Below are positions 39,938 through 52,792 of a stretch of DNA of 64,000 nt, in pieces. Position numbers and translations under genes: made by a program. The stretch comes from Elusimicrobiota bacterium. Lineage in GTDB: Bacteria; Elusimicrobiota; Elusimicrobia; FEN-1173; JAKLIF01. Under the pieces are notes generated by a model. It was given only the letters and a program-made list of their open reading frames with translations. It had not been told where the DNA came from and made no database searches. The first letter of the stretch is position 1; each line of letters starts with the position of its first letter. The stretch is from NCBI GenBank assembly GCA_022709755.1, contig JAKLIF010000001.1, positions 318,661 to 382,660 of the forward strand, read 5' to 3'.

Positions 39938-40398
39938 TCCATCTCCATCGTCTGGACAAGGTCGTTCATCAGGTATCTCTCACAAAACGTTTTGACGTCC
40001 TGGCGGGACACCGGCCCCCGGAACTCATAGGCGAACCCGGTGCGGACCCGTTCAATGTTGTCGCATCCCAGATCGCGCGCCCCGAGCATCACCGTCTCAG
40101 CGGGAGGGTCCGAGACGCCCGGCTTGGGCCAGATCCGGACCCGGCGGACCCCGCTCCGGGTCGGCCGATGGTCGGCATACACGATCTCGCCGGTCTGGGT
40201 GATCGGATCGGTGAGGAGCGACTCCGTCAGGCGCTGAACATCCGCATCGCTCAGTCCGGAACCCGACAGTTCATAGACCTGCCCCGTCCCGATACCGTCG
40301 AGGGAAGGAAGTTTCGCGTGTCTCCACTCCGCCTCCAAGGCCCGTCCCCGATGGTCGATGACCCGGGGTTTCAGACTCACGAACACCCGCCAATTCAT
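39934..40398 (-). CDS. purS: PurS, tandem-duplicated (two PurS-like halves in one 154-aa polypeptide)
   Basis: First half WRVFVSLKPRVIDHRGRALE...DVQRLTESLLTDPITQ. Second half VRRVRIWPKPGVSDPPAETVMLG...VKTFCERYLMNDLVQT. Each resembles the ~80-aa PurS fold. 4-bp overlap with purL. Confidence 0.7.
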   Translation of the reverse strand: MNWRVFVSLKPRVIDHRGRALEAEWRHAKLPSLDGIGTGQVYELSGSGLSDADVQRLTESLLTDPITQTGEIVYADHRPTRSGVRRVRIWPKPGVSDPPAETVMLGARDLGCDNIERVRTGFAYEFRGPVSRQDVKTFCERYLMNDLVQTMEME

Positions 40399-40408
40399 CC
40401 CCGGGCCC

Positions 40409-41293
40409 TCATGAGAACTTCTCTCCGGTCAACGTCTCATACGCCGACACATATTTTTCCCGCGTCTTCCGGACGACATCCGGCGGAAGGGCCGGGGCGG
40501 GCGGGCGGCGGTCCCAACCGATGCGGTCCAAATGGTCCCGCACGTACTGTTTGTCGAACGACTCTTGAGGGCGGCCCGGCCGATAAGACGACCGGTCCCA
40601 ATAGCGGGATGAATCCGGGGTCAATAACTCATCGATCAGGATGATCCCGCCGTCTATTTCGCCGAACTCGAATTTGGTGTCCGCCAGGATGAACCCGCGG
40701 GACTCGGAGGTGGCCGACGCTTCCTTGAAGATCTTCAGGCTGAGGTCCTTCAACCGGCCGGCCCGTTCCGTTCCGACCAGCGCGCAGAGCCGCTCGTAAT
40801 CGATATTTTCGTCGTGCGCCCCCTGCGGGGCCTTGATGGCGGGCGTGAAAAGCGGCTCCGGAAAGCGGTCCGATTCCTTCAGTCCCGGCGGCAGGGGGAT
40901 CCCGGCGACGGTCCGCTTCTCCTGATATTCCTTCCAAGCGGACCCCGCCAGATATCCGCGCACCACGCACTCGACGTCGATCCGGCGGGCCTTCTTGACC
41001 AGCACCGTGCGTCCCTCCAGGGCCGGCCGGTAGGCCGCGGCCTCCGGCGGGAAACGGCCGATATCCGTCGAGACCAGATGGTTCGCGCAGACCGTCCCCA
41101 TCCTCTGGAACCAAAAATTGGACAGCCGGCACAACAGCACCCCTTTTTGAGGGACGAGCGTCGGGAGGATGGAATCGTAGGCGGAGATGCGGTCCGTGGC
41201 GACGATCAGAAGGTTCTCTCCGAGGTCGTAGACATCCCGGACCTTGCCGCGGGTCCACAGTTTGAAAGGGAGTTCCGGCGTCGGGAATGTCAT
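40409..41293 (-). CDS. purC: Phosphoribosylaminoimidazole-succinocarboxamide synthase
   Basis: GKVRDVYDLGENLLIVATDRISAYD...; 294 aa. Confidence 0.92.
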   Translation of the reverse strand: MTFPTPELPFKLWTRGKVRDVYDLGENLLIVATDRISAYDSILPTLVPQKGVLLCRLSNFWFQRMGTVCANHLVSTDIGRFPPEAAAYRPALEGRTVLVKKARRIDVECVVRGYLAGSAWKEYQEKRTVAGIPLPPGLKESDRFPEPLFTPAIKAPQGAHDENIDYERLCALVGTERAGRLKDLSLKIFKEASATSESRGFILADTKFEFGEIDGGIILIDELLTPDSSRYWDRSSYRPGRPQESFDKQYVRDHLDRIGWDRRPPAPALPPDVVRKTREKYVSAYETLTGEKFS

Positions 41294-41321
41294 CAGAGAT
41301 CGGTGTCCGAAACGGGGGTCG

Positions 41322-42848
41322 TCATTCCCACTCGATGGTCGCGGGAGGTTTGGAAGTGATGTCGTAGACGACGCGGTTGACTCCGCGCACCTCGTTGACG
41401 ATCCGGGACGATATCTTCGCCAGGACGTCCTCCGGCAGGCGCGCCCAATCGGCGGTCATGGCGTCCACCGACCGGACGGCGCGGACGGCGATGGTGTCCT
41501 CATAGGTACGTTCATCTCCCATCACGCCCACGCTGTTCACGGGCAGGAGGACGGCGAACGCCTGCCACAGACTGTTGTAAAGACCGGCGGCGCGGATCTC
41601 CTGTTCCACGATGTGATCCGCCTTGCGGACGCAGTCCAGCCGCTCTTCCGTCACGGCGCCCAAAACGCGGATCGCCAAACCGGGTCCCGGGAACGGCTGT
41701 CTCAACAAAAGGTCGGCGGGCAATCCCAGCCGGCGGCCCAACTCACGGACCTCGTCCTTGAACAGGAAGCGGAGCGGCTCCAACAGCCTCATCTTCATCC
41801 GCTTCGGCAGACCGCCCACGTTGTGATGGGTCTTGATCGTGGCCGAGGGTCCTTTCACGGAGACGCTCTCGATCACATCCGGATAAAGGGTCCCCTGGGC
41901 GAGGTATCGGATCCCCCGGTATTTCCGGGCGCTCCTTTCGAAGACGGAGATGAATTCATGCCCGATGATCTTTCTTTTCCGTTCCGGATCGGTCACGTTC
42001 CGGAGCCTGGAAAGGAACTGTCGACGGGCATCCACGATCTCCAAGGTCAGCCCCCGCGTCTTTCCGAAAACCGCCCGGACGCGCTCCTCCTCTCCCTGCC
42101 GGAGCAGGCCGTTGTTCACAAAGATGCAGATCAGTTGTGTCCCGATCGCTTCGCGGAGGAGGGCCGCCGTCACCGACGAATCCACCCCGCCGGACAGCGC
42201 GAGGATCACCCGCTCGCTTCCCACCGTCTCCCGGATCTTCCTCTTCTCGGATTCGGCGAACGAGGCCATATCCCAATCCGGCGTCTCTCCGCACACCCGG
42301 AACAGAAAATTGGACAGGATCTCGCGTCCCTGCGGCGTGTGATGCACCTCGGGATGGAATTGGACGCCGTAGAAACGCCTCGCGGGATCGGCGCACGCGG
42401 CGAAGGGAGCGTTCGCCGTGGTGGCCAGCGACACGAACCCCTCCGGAAGACGTTGGGCCGCGTCACCGTGGCTCATCCACACGTTCAACGTTTTGGAAAG
42501 CCCGGCGAACAGGTCCCGGCCGGCGGCCACATCGATGCGGGCCGGGCCGTATTCCCTCCGCGCGGACCGGACGACCTGACCCCCGAAATGAGTCACCATC
42601 ACCTGCAATCCGTAACAGATGCCCAAGACGGGAAGCCCCAACGCGAAGATCCCCGGATCCGGATGGGGAGCCCCCTTGGAGAAGACGCTGGCGGGCCCGC
42701 CGGACAGGATGAGGCCCCGGGGATTCGACGCCCGGATCTTGTCGACGGGATAGTTGAACGGATGTATCTCGCAGAAGACGTTCGCCTCGCGGACACGCCG
42801 GGCGATCAACTGGGTGTATTGGGATCCGAAATCAAGTATGACGATCAT
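41322..42848 (-). CDS. guaA: GMP synthase (glutamine-hydrolysing)
   Basis: [21 protein letters not shown]...GICYGLQ (GATase Cys). ATP-PPase SGGVDSSV. 508 aa. Confidence 0.95.
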   Translation of the reverse strand: MIVILDFGSQYTQLIARRVREANVFCEIHPFNYPVDKIRASNPRGLILSGGPASVFSKGAPHPDPGIFALGLPVLGICYGLQVMVTHFGGQVVRSARREYGPARIDVAAGRDLFAGLSKTLNVWMSHGDAAQRLPEGFVSLATTANAPFAACADPARRFYGVQFHPEVHHTPQGREILSNFLFRVCGETPDWDMASFAESEKRKIRETVGSERVILALSGGVDSSVTAALLREAIGTQLICIFVNNGLLRQGEEERVRAVFGKTRGLTLEIVDARRQFLSRLRNVTDPERKRKIIGHEFISVFERSARKYRGIRYLAQGTLYPDVIESVSVKGPSATIKTHHNVGGLPKRMKMRLLEPLRFLFKDEVRELGRRLGLPADLLLRQPFPGPGLAIRVLGAVTEERLDCVRKADHIVEQEIRAAGLYNSLWQAFAVLLPVNSVGVMGDERTYEDTIAVRAVRSVDAMTADWARLPEDVLAKISSRIVNEVRGVNRVVYDITSKPPATIEWE

Positions 42849-42967
42849 CGGGTTGTGTCTTATCCTTTCCGATCGGGGGACCGGTCATTTAAAACCAGAA
42901 AACAGCGGGTGTTCTCGCTTCGGATGCGGCGACGGCGGCGATGACAGGATGAAAGAACGGAGGGGAC

Positions 42968-44131
42968 CTATTTCTTCCCCATTCCCACTCTCTGGGCCTG
43001 CTGAAAAAGTTTTCCTTCGTGCTTGATCTCCGGGGCGATGATGATCTCCGCCAACTGCAGTTCCCGGATGGTCCTGGCGCCGACGTATCCCATGCAGGTC
43101 CGCAACGCGCCCACGAAGTTCTGAAGTCCTTCTTCCTGGGTGGCCGGCCCGAAGAGGATCTCCTCGAGCGTGCTGGTGGTCCCCACATGGATCCGCGTGC
43201 CGCGCGGCAGGTATCGGTCCGGCATGGCCATGCCCCAATGATATCCCCGGCCGGGGGCTTCCTTGGCGCGGGCGAAGGTGGATCCCATCATGACCAGGTC
43301 CGCGCCGGCGGTGAACGCCTTGCAGACGTCGCCGGAGTTGGTCATCCCCCCGTCGGTGATGATGGAGACGTAACGGCCGGTCTTCTTGAAAAAATAGTCG
43401 CGGGCGGCCGCGCAATCCACGGTGGAAGTGATCTGCGGCACGCCGATCCCGAGCACTCCGCGGGAGGTGCAGGCCGCGCCGGGGCCGACCCCGACGAGGA
43501 TTCCCGCGCAGCCGGTCTCCATCAGTTCCAGAGCCGCCGTGTGCGTCACCACGTTTCCGATGATGACCGGGATCTTCAGCTCCTTGCAAAGTCTTCCGAG
43601 ATCCAGCGGTTTCCCGCGGGACGATTCATACCTCGCGGTGGCCACGGTCCCCTGCACCACCAGCACGTCCGCGCCGGCCTTGGCCGCCACGGCGCCGAAA
43701 TGAGCCGCGTTCTTGGGAACGCAGGACACCGCCGCGGCCGCGCCGCCCTTCTTGATCTCCTGGATCCGCCTGGAGATCAACGATTCCTGGATCGGCTGGG
43801 AGTAGATCTTCTGCAATATCTTGGGAGCGCTCTCCGGCGTGGCCTTGGCGATCTCCGAATACGCCTCTTCCGGCGATTCATAACGCGTGTGCAGCCCTTC
43901 CAGGTTCAGCACGGCCAAACCGCCCAGTTTTCCCATGGCCACGGCGAACTTCACGTCCACCGTGCCGTCCATGGCGCTGGCCACGAACGGGATCTTGAAT
44001 TTGAGGGGACCGATCACGGTCTCCGTGTTGGTGTCTTCGGGGTCCACCGTCATCATCCCCGGAACGATCGCCACTTCGTCGAACCCATACGCCCGCCGCG
44101 CTTCCCGATCCCGTCCTATGAAAAATGACAT
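42968..44131 (-). CDS. IMP dehydrogenase/GMP reductase family protein (CBS-less GuaB-like)
   Basis: FDEVAIVPG...; active-site loop [20 protein letters not shown] (cf. IMPDH GIGPGSICTTR..GVGVPQ). 387 aa, no CBS pair. Confidence 0.8.
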   Translation of the reverse strand: MSFFIGRDREARRAYGFDEVAIVPGMMTVDPEDTNTETVIGPLKFKIPFVASAMDGTVDVKFAVAMGKLGGLAVLNLEGLHTRYESPEEAYSEIAKATPESAPKILQKIYSQPIQESLISRRIQEIKKGGAAAAVSCVPKNAAHFGAVAAKAGADVLVVQGTVATARYESSRGKPLDLGRLCKELKIPVIIGNVVTHTAALELMETGCAGILVGVGPGAACTSRGVLGIGVPQITSTVDCAAARDYFFKKTGRYVSIITDGGMTNSGDVCKAFTAGADLVMMGSTFARAKEAPGRGYHWGMAMPDRYLPRGTRIHVGTTSTLEEILFGPATQEEGLQNFVGALRTCMGYVGARTIRELQLAEIIIAPEIKHEGKLFQQAQRVGMGKK

Positions 44132-44194
44132 CCCATCCTCCTTGTGTGATGAATCTCAACGTCCCCGGCGTGTCGCCGGCGAAAATATTTATTT

Positions 44195-44752
44195 TTACAG
44201 ACGCGGCAACGTGATCGCCGTCTGTTTCTGATATTTCCCCTTCTTGTCCGCGTAGGAGACGGCGCACACCTCGTCCGCCTCGAAGAACAGCACCTGCGCG
44301 ATCCCCTCATTGGCGTAGACCCGGGCCGGCAACGGCGTCGTGTTCGAGATCTCCAGCGTGACGAACCCCTCCCACTCGGGCTCGAACGGCGTCACGTTGA
44401 CGATGATGCCGCAACGCGCATAGGTGGATTTCCCGACGCAGATGGTGAGCACGTTCCGGGGGATCCGGAAATATTCCACCGTCTGGGCCAGCGCGAACGA
44501 ATTGGGCGGCACCACGATGAAATCCTCCGTGATGATGTCCACGAACGACCGGGGATCGAACCGTTTCGGGTCCACGACCGTGTTGTGCACGTTCGTAAAG
44601 ACCTTGAAATGGTTCCCCACGCGGATGTCATACCCGTAACTCGAGACCCCGTAAGAGATCACGCCCTCGCGCACCTGCGCATCCACGAAAGGTTCGATCA
44701 TCCGGTGTTCCAACGCCATGCGGCGGATCCACGAATCTTGTTTTATCGACAT
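44195..44752 (-). CDS. dcd: dCTP deaminase
   Basis: [13 protein letters not shown]...GYDIRVGN...; 185 aa. Confidence 0.88.
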   Translation of the reverse strand: MSIKQDSWIRRMALEHRMIEPFVDAQVREGVISYGVSSYGYDIRVGNHFKVFTNVHNTVVDPKRFDPRSFVDIITEDFIVVPPNSFALAQTVEYFRIPRNVLTICVGKSTYARCGIIVNVTPFEPEWEGFVTLEISNTTPLPARVYANEGIAQVLFFEADEVCAVSYADKKGKYQKQTAITLPRL

Positions 44753-44786
44753 GAGAGCTCCTTGGGTGATGGTCCCCGGCGGCCGG

Positions 44787-47333
44787 TCAGGAACATTCCG
44801 AATGGCCGCAATCGTGACAGGTCACGCCGGAACAGCCGCTTTCCCGGGCCACGTTGTTTGAATAACAGGACGGGCAATAGAGGGCCGCGGCGCGGTCCCA
44901 CAATTCCAATCCCTGGGACGGGACCGGCGTGGCCCCGTTCCCGTTGGCGTTCGGCTCCAGCTTGTTCGTCTTCTGGAGATGCGTGCGCAGGGCCGTCGAG
45001 ATCGCGTGCGGGATGGAATCCACCCGGTAAGCGCCGAACCCGAAGGGACGGTCCCCCTTCACGGAGTTCAGATGTTTGAGGACGCGCACCGGATCTCCGC
45101 CCGCTTCCATGTATTTGGAGATCAGGATCCCCACCACCGACGTCAACCCGGACAGTTCCGTCCCGAGCGGAGGCAGATTGGTGAACACCCGGTAGGGCCC
45201 GGTCTCGTCGTAATCGATATGGACGTGCAGGGGACCGTAACCGGTCCGGATCTCGTAATACTCCGACGCCACGCCGCGCGACGAATCGCGCGACCGCGTC
45301 CCGTTCTCCGCCTTCTTCGCATCCAGGTTCAGCACCTGGTGGGACTTCGATCCGTCCCGGTAGATCGTGATGCCCTTGCAGCCCAGCCGATAGGCCAGCC
45401 AATAGGCCTCCTTCACGTCGTCCACCGTGGCGGTGTTCGGCATGTTGATGGTCTTGGACACGGCGTTGTCCGTGTGTTCCTGAAACGCCGCCTGGATCTT
45501 GACGTGGAACGGCACGGCCACGTCATGGGCGGAGGTGAACAGGTTCTGGATGTCGGCGGGAATCTCGGAGATCCCCTTGACGGACTTGTGGTTGTTCTCG
45601 ATCTTCTTCCACAACTCCTCTTCTTTGAGCCCGTAATAGCCGTCCCGGCGCGCCACCTCGCGGAAGAGCGGGTTCACTTCATAGAACACGTCCTTCTCGT
45701 TGGGGGTCTCGCCGCTCTTGATGGCGTCGAGCGCCTTGGCGTTATATCGCGTGTAGGTGATGGCGAAGAAGGGCTCGATCCCGGCGCCTTGCAGTCCGGC
45801 GGCCAGACCGATCGTCCCGGTCGGGGCGATGGTCGTGCGGGCGCAATGACGCGGATAACTTTCCCGTCCACGGAAGTGGGGGCTCTGCGGGTCATAGATA
45901 CTGCTTCGCCAGTTGGGGAACGCGCCGCGTTCCTGGGCCAACGACTCGGACGCTTCCTGGGCCTTGTCGTTGACAAACTTCATCACCTCGCGGGCCTGCG
46001 CCAACGCCTCCTCCGAATCGTAGGGGATCCCCAGTTTCACCAGGGTCTCCGCCCAACCCATCACGCCCAAACCGATCCGGCGGTTGCCCTTGGAAAGGAT
46101 CTCGATCTCCGGGAGCGGATAATTGTTCACTTCGATGACGTCGTCCAGGAACCGCACGGCCAGGGCCACCGTCTCACCGAGACGTTCCCAATCGATCTCG
46201 CCCTCGAGGATCTCGCCCCGCACGAAGTTGGACAGGTTGATGGACCCGAGGTTGCACGGCTCGTTCGGGAGGAGCGGCTGTTCGCCGCAGGGGTTGGTGC
46301 TCTCGATCTGGCCCAGATGGGGCGTGGGATTCGAGTTGGACTGGTTGATGCGGTCGATGACCACGATGCCCGGATCGCCGGTCTTCCAGGCGAAGTCCGC
46401 CATCATGTCGAACACCTCGCGGGCGTTGGCCTTGCCGACCGGCGTCATGGAACGCGGGTTGAGCAGGTCGTAATCTTCGCCCTTTTCGACGGCCTGCATG
46501 AACTTGTCGTCGATCGCCACCGACACGTTGAAATTCTCCATCACGCCCTGCTTGGACTTCATGGTGATGAATTCCTTGATCTCCGGATGCCAGTAGGGGA
46601 GGATGCCCATGTTGGCGCCGCGGCGGGCCCCGCCCTGCTTCACCACGTCCGTCATCTTGTCGAAAACCTGCATGAAGGAAATCGCCCCGGACGCCACCCC
46701 CTGGGTGGTCTTGACCTCGTCTCCCGACGGACGCAAGCGTTGGAACGAGAAACCGGTCCCCCCTCCCGACTTATGGATAAGCGCCTGCGCCTTCACCGCG
46801 TTGGCAATCCCCTCGATCGAATCCTCGACGGGGAGCACGTAACAGGCCGACAACTGCTGGAGTTCCCGGCCGGCGTTCATCAGCGTCGGCGAATTGGGGA
46901 GGAAATCCCAGCGGGCCATCATGTTATAGAACCGCGTCTTCCACGTGTCCGCGAGGATCTTGGCTTCGGGGATCTCCTGACCGGCCCGCTTCAGGTTCGC
47001 CAGGTACTTCGAGAAGTTGTGGTCGCGCTCCCGGGAGGACAAAAGCCCCTGATGGAAGAGGATCAGCCGCGTCGTATGGCCGTTCCTCGTCGCCACGTCC
47101 GAGATGCGGCAATGGACGTCGTCCCAAATGCCCCAGGACTCCGACTTGGGGGAATGGACCAACTCGGCCAAAGCGATGTTCTCGGCGACGCGATCCAGCC
47201 ACTGTTCGGCGGTATCGTCCCCGCGCACATATTTATCCTGTATCACTTTCTTCTGGTTTTCCGCCATCCGAAGGGTCACCTTCAACGGGTGTGCCGCCTC
47301 CGCGGGGCGGACCGGTGTTTGAATCATGTTCAT
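44787..47333 (-). CDS. nrdJ: Ribonucleotide reductase class II, adenosylcobalamin-dependent (monomeric NrdJ type) with C-terminal zinc ribbon
   Basis: ...[15 protein letters not shown]..., [23 protein letters not shown] (active-site Cys/Glu). C-terminal ...YCPSCYSNN...[10 protein letters not shown]. Start probably MNMIQTP; the ORF-track N-terminal extension overlaps nrdR. Confidence 0.92.
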   Translation of the reverse strand: MNMIQTPVRPAEAAHPLKVTLRMAENQKKVIQDKYVRGDDTAEQWLDRVAENIALAELVHSPKSESWGIWDDVHCRISDVATRNGHTTRLILFHQGLLSSRERDHNFSKYLANLKRAGQEIPEAKILADTWKTRFYNMMARWDFLPNSPTLMNAGRELQQLSACYVLPVEDSIEGIANAVKAQALIHKSGGGTGFSFQRLRPSGDEVKTTQGVASGAISFMQVFDKMTDVVKQGGARRGANMGILPYWHPEIKEFITMKSKQGVMENFNVSVAIDDKFMQAVEKGEDYDLLNPRSMTPVGKANAREVFDMMADFAWKTGDPGIVVIDRINQSNSNPTPHLGQIESTNPCGEQPLLPNEPCNLGSINLSNFVRGEILEGEIDWERLGETVALAVRFLDDVIEVNNYPLPEIEILSKGNRRIGLGVMGWAETLVKLGIPYDSEEALAQAREVMKFVNDKAQEASESLAQERGAFPNWRSSIYDPQSPHFRGRESYPRHCARTTIAPTGTIGLAAGLQGAGIEPFFAITYTRYNAKALDAIKSGETPNEKDVFYEVNPLFREVARRDGYYGLKEEELWKKIENNHKSVKGISEIPADIQNLFTSAHDVAVPFHVKIQAAFQEHTDNAVSKTINMPNTATVDDVKEAYWLAYRLGCKGITIYRDGSKSHQVLNLDAKKAENGTRSRDSSRGVASEYYEIRTGYGPLHVHIDYDETGPYRVFTNLPPLGTELSGLTSVVGILISKYMEAGGDPVRVLKHLNSVKGDRPFGFGAYRVDSIPHAISTALRTHLQKTNKLEPNANGNGATPVPSQGLELWDRAAALYCPSCYSNNVARESGCSGVTCHDCGHSECS

Positions 47334-47385
47334 TCCTTTTTTCCCCTTTGCTTTATTGGTGGAAGGTGACGATGATTTCGATGAA

Positions 47386-47916
47386 TCAGCGCGGTGAGTC
47401 GACATGCGACAGCTTCCATTTCTCTTTTTCCAAAGCGTTCTGCTTGGTCTTCATATGCTCCCGTTGGTGGCGGCGCTTCAACTTGCGCAGCTCCCCCAGG
47501 AACGCCTCCAGGTCCGCGAACTTCTTGTAGACCGACGCGAACCGCACGTAGGCCACGGGATCCAGCTCGTGAAGTTTCTTCAAGGTGCGCTCCCCGATCT
47601 CCCGGCTCGGCACCTCCAAAACGAAGTCCTGCAACTCATACTCGATCTCCGCCACCATCTTCTCGATGGCATCGGACGAGATGGGCCTCTTCTCGCAAGC
47701 GTGGAGTATCCCGTTCCTCAGTTTGGCCCGGTTGAACGGTTCCCGCCGGTTGTCGTTCTTGATCACCATGAGGGGGGTTGACTCCACCCGTTCGTAGGTG
47801 GTGAACCGTTTCCCGCAATGGCCGCAGACGCGGCGACGGCGGATCAACGTGGCCGATTCCAGGGGCCTGGAATCGATGACTCTGTCTTCAGGATGACGGC
47901 AATAGGGACAACGCAT
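47386..47916 (-). CDS. nrdR: Transcriptional repressor NrdR
   Basis: MRCPYCRHPEDRVIDSRPLESATLIRRRRVCGHCGKRFTTYERVE (zinc ribbon) followed by an ATP-cone. Directly upstream of nrdJ. Confidence 0.92.
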   Translation of the reverse strand: MRCPYCRHPEDRVIDSRPLESATLIRRRRVCGHCGKRFTTYERVESTPLMVIKNDNRREPFNRAKLRNGILHACEKRPISSDAIEKMVAEIEYELQDFVLEVPSREIGERTLKKLHELDPVAYVRFASVYKKFADLEAFLGELRKLKRRHQREHMKTKQNALEKEKWKLSHVDSPR

Positions 47917-48314
47917 AGTCTATATGTTGTGGTGTTATATCCTTATTTCAATATGTGTCAGATTTCGAGTAAATTTCGACTCGGGAGGCAAATCAATATG
48001 ATGTATACATAGATTCTACACCACTATGGCTAGGATGTCAAGCTTTTTCTTCCGACGGAGATGATAGATTTTATTTTTATTTGGTGTCGGTTAATACACC
48101 GCTACACAAACACCCGCATGGGCGCCACGGAGTCCCAACGTGGCTCATTATAGGTATATATATACTATATATGGTGGTATATAAAGGTATTAAAGATAAG
48201 AAAAATGCCCCCCCACCGAAAAGGTTTCAGAGGGCCATTATTGGGTCAGATCAGAGCCTATTTATAGAGAGCGAGGCAGTCTGATCCCACAAAAAACTTT
48301 TCTCTTCTGATTTA
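47917..48314. promoter_or_regulatory. ~400-bp AT-rich intergenic region (ferritin 3' end / nrdR promoter) with TA-rich repeats and an inverted repeat
   Basis: Local GC is far below the genome background. TATATATATACTATATATGGTGGTATATAAAGGTATTAAAG. Imperfect inverted repeat TGGGTCAGATCAGA...TCTGATCCCA followed by AAAAAACTTTTCTCTTC. Several ACAC/ATAT-containing near-palindromes that could be NrdR boxes. Confidence 0.35.
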
Positions 48315-48812
48315 TCAGTCCTTTTTCCCTCTCTTGCCCAGTTCTTTATCCAGATACAAAAGACCGCCCGAACTGTCACCGATCATCTTCAACTTCTCAA
48401 CGATTTCGGTCGCATTGGCCTCTTCTTCCACTTGTTCCGTCACAAACCAGTGGAGAAAAATCTCCGCCGCGGAGTCCTTTTCTTTCCTTGCCAGTTCCAG
48501 CAACCCGTTGATGCGTCCCGTGATATGGATCTCATGTTTATGTGCATCCTCGAACGCGGCGAGAGGCGATTTCCAATCGGTTTTCGGCGCGGAAATATCC
48601 GCCAATTGAACCCGACCTCCACGCTCATGGATGAATTCAAAAAACTTCATGGCGTGATCCCGCTCTTCTTTCGTCTGAACTCTCATCCAATTGGCCATCC
48701 CTTTGAGATTTTTGGACTCGAAGTACGCCGCCATGGAGAGATAGATATAGGCGGAAGCCAATTCCTCGTTGATCTGCTTGTTTAATTCATCCTGAATTCT
48801 TTTATTCAACAT
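48315..48812 (-). CDS. Ferritin (bacterial non-haem ferritin-like diiron protein)
   Basis: Start MLNKRIQDELNKQINEELASAYIYLSMAAYFE...EERDHAMKFFEFI...; ferroxidase E/H ligand pattern. Confidence 0.85.
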   Translation of the reverse strand: MLNKRIQDELNKQINEELASAYIYLSMAAYFESKNLKGMANWMRVQTKEERDHAMKFFEFIHERGGRVQLADISAPKTDWKSPLAAFEDAHKHEIHITGRINGLLELARKEKDSAAEIFLHWFVTEQVEEEANATEIVEKLKMIGDSSGGLLYLDKELGKRGKKD

Positions 48813-48870
48813 GGTTTGACACCTCACTCTATGATTTTATTTTCGTCAAAAACCACTGCCGATGTCTATC

Positions 48871-51087
<2,217 letters not shown>

Positions 51088-51110
51088 TCATTCTAAAGAT
51101 TTCGATTTTT

Positions 51111-51128
51111 GGCACTTTTTACAGTGCC
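51111..51128. promoter_or_regulatory. Perfect 6-6-6 palindrome GGCACT-TTTTAC-AGTGCC, 40-55 bp upstream of the katG start; candidate operator
   Basis: Located in the AT-rich katG upstream region, which also carries TTATTAATGA and TATATTAGAG (a -10-like element). Confidence 0.3.
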
Positions 51129-51312
51129 CCTCTAATATAACCCGCTTATTAATGACGTTGAACTGCTTTTTTATTCCGACAGGCACATCGATCTGTTCAT
51201 ACGATTTATTCTCAAAATCAATTATTGCGCCGTATTGCAAACACCTCATGAAGGGTTCCATCGCGTCGTTTCTTCCCTCCCGACACGGGCAAATAAGATT
51301 CCCCCCGCTTTC

Positions 51313-52791
51313 CTAGGACATGACGGCAAGAATTTCCCCCAAAGAGACAAAAGCGAATCCCGTGACGCGGTCTGACATGCCGTAGGGCAGGACCAATTGT
51401 TCCCCGTGCACGAGTGCGCCGCAGGTGTAGAGAACGTTGGGCACGTACCCTTCCCGCTCGATGCCTTCCGGGCGCATCAACGGTTCGCTCAGGCGGCCGA
51501 TCACCTTGGAAGGATCCTTCCGATCCAAAAGGAACGCGCCGAGGCAATATTTCCGCATGGGGCCCACTCCATGGCTCAAAATCAGCCAGCCCTCCTCCGT
51601 TTCGATGGGACAACCGCAATTGCCCGTCTTGATGAACTCCCAAGGATAGGCGGGCGAGAGGAGAAGACTCGCTTCGTTCCAAAAATGCACGTTGTCGGAA
51701 TACATCAGAAAAATATTCTCCCCATCCTGCCGGGAAAGCATGGCGAAGCGCCCGTCGATCTTGCGCGGGAAGAGAGCCATCCCCTTATTCTGCACGCCCG
51801 GACCGTTCAATGTGGCGAACTTGAAGTGACGGAAATCCTCCGTCTGAAAGAGCTGGGGAAGGACATTGCGCCCGTCGTAGGCGGTATAAGTGGCGTAATA
51901 GGTCGTTTTTCCGTCGTCATCCCGATGTGCCGTCAAACGAACGTCCTCCAGGCCGTTGCTCTGAATGGGAGTGACGGGAAAGATGATCCTTTCGGAAAGG
52001 TCCTGATCCGGCGGGAACCGTATATCGTAGTTGGACTGAGCCAAAAGCCAAAGGCCCTTGGCGGCGTTGTTGTCGCCGATCCGTTGGCCGGGCGCCGTTT
52101 CGCGGAGGACCTCCTTCAGTTCATTCTTGAGCTCGCTGATCGTGAAAAAATCCGCCAGCCGACCCAGCACGCGATCCGTCCATTCACCGGCCAACCCCAT
52201 TTCCGCGACTTTCCGCCGGAAGAGGTCTTTATGATAGGTCGAGTTTTCAACCAGAACGGGCTCGGCCAAAAATCGGGACGCCGGATCCACGGCAATGCCG
52301 TTGTGGGCGTTGATGACGCCGCTACGGAAAGAGATTGAAGAGATGTGGCCTTCGCCCGTCGAGCGGAGACTCAAGAGGAAGCGAAGGCTCCCCTTCGGCA
52401 ACTTCGATTGATCCGGATGGGGAAGGATGGAGGGATTGAAGAGTGCCGCGGATTCAGGCGAATATTCAAACATGAAGTAAGAACCGATCAAGAGCTTTCG
52501 CGCCTCCGAGAGGTCGTGGCCCGGGGGCAAGAAATGCTCAAGATAATGGAATCTTTTCAGGAGACGCTCGGTCAGCCAACGATGGCGGGAAGAAAACTCC
52601 GCAAGCGTTTGGTCCAGAACGATCCGGACATCCTTCTCGGAAAGCGCCAAGACCCGGCGAATGATCTTCACGTGTTCTTCATCGGAAGAAAAACCCAGAG
52701 GCCGCAGGACCACCCGGGTTTGATCCGGCGAGAGCCGGACTTCCGTCCGGCGGACATTTATGTTTTTGAGCGGACCGGAATGTTGATCCAT
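51313..52791 (-). CDS. GH130-family (DUF377) glycoside phosphorylase-like protein with ~150-aa N-terminal extension
   Basis: C-terminal ~340 aa match the GH130 pattern: EDVRLTAHRDDDGKTTYYATYTAYDG, NKGMALFPRKIDGRFAM, GNCGCPIETEEGWLILSHGVG...YCLGAFLLDRKDPSKVIGR, GYVPNVLYTCGALV. Confidence 0.78.
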   Translation of the reverse strand: MDQHSGPLKNINVRRTEVRLSPDQTRVVLRPLGFSSDEEHVKIIRRVLALSEKDVRIVLDQTLAEFSSRHRWLTERLLKRFHYLEHFLPPGHDLSEARKLLIGSYFMFEYSPESAALFNPSILPHPDQSKLPKGSLRFLLSLRSTGEGHISSISFRSGVINAHNGIAVDPASRFLAEPVLVENSTYHKDLFRRKVAEMGLAGEWTDRVLGRLADFFTISELKNELKEVLRETAPGQRIGDNNAAKGLWLLAQSNYDIRFPPDQDLSERIIFPVTPIQSNGLEDVRLTAHRDDDGKTTYYATYTAYDGRNVLPQLFQTEDFRHFKFATLNGPGVQNKGMALFPRKIDGRFAMLSRQDGENIFLMYSDNVHFWNEASLLLSPAYPWEFIKTGNCGCPIETEEGWLILSHGVGPMRKYCLGAFLLDRKDPSKVIGRLSEPLMRPEGIEREGYVPNVLYTCGALVHGEQLVLPYGMSDRVTGFAFVSLGEILAVMS

Positions 52792-52792
52792 T

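Noticed and set aside
44132-44194. Near-palindromic CGCCGGCG...CGCCGGGG hairpin between dcd and the IMPDH-like gene considered as a terminator
   Set aside because: On the transcribed (minus) strand the U-tract precedes rather than follows the hairpin, so it is not a canonical intrinsic terminator. It is possibly a minor regulatory structure.
48081-48284. 67-aa ORF (MVSVNTPLHKHPHGRH...) on the plus strand inside the AT-rich ferritin/nrdR spacer
   Set aside because: No SD, odd composition, lies in a region better explained as promoter/terminator DNA. Treated as spurious, though a small protein cannot be excluded.
51108-51130. TGGCAC-N5 element within the katG palindrome considered as a sigma-54 (-24/-12) promoter
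   Set aside because: The -12 TTGC(A/T) element is absent on either strand at the correct spacing.
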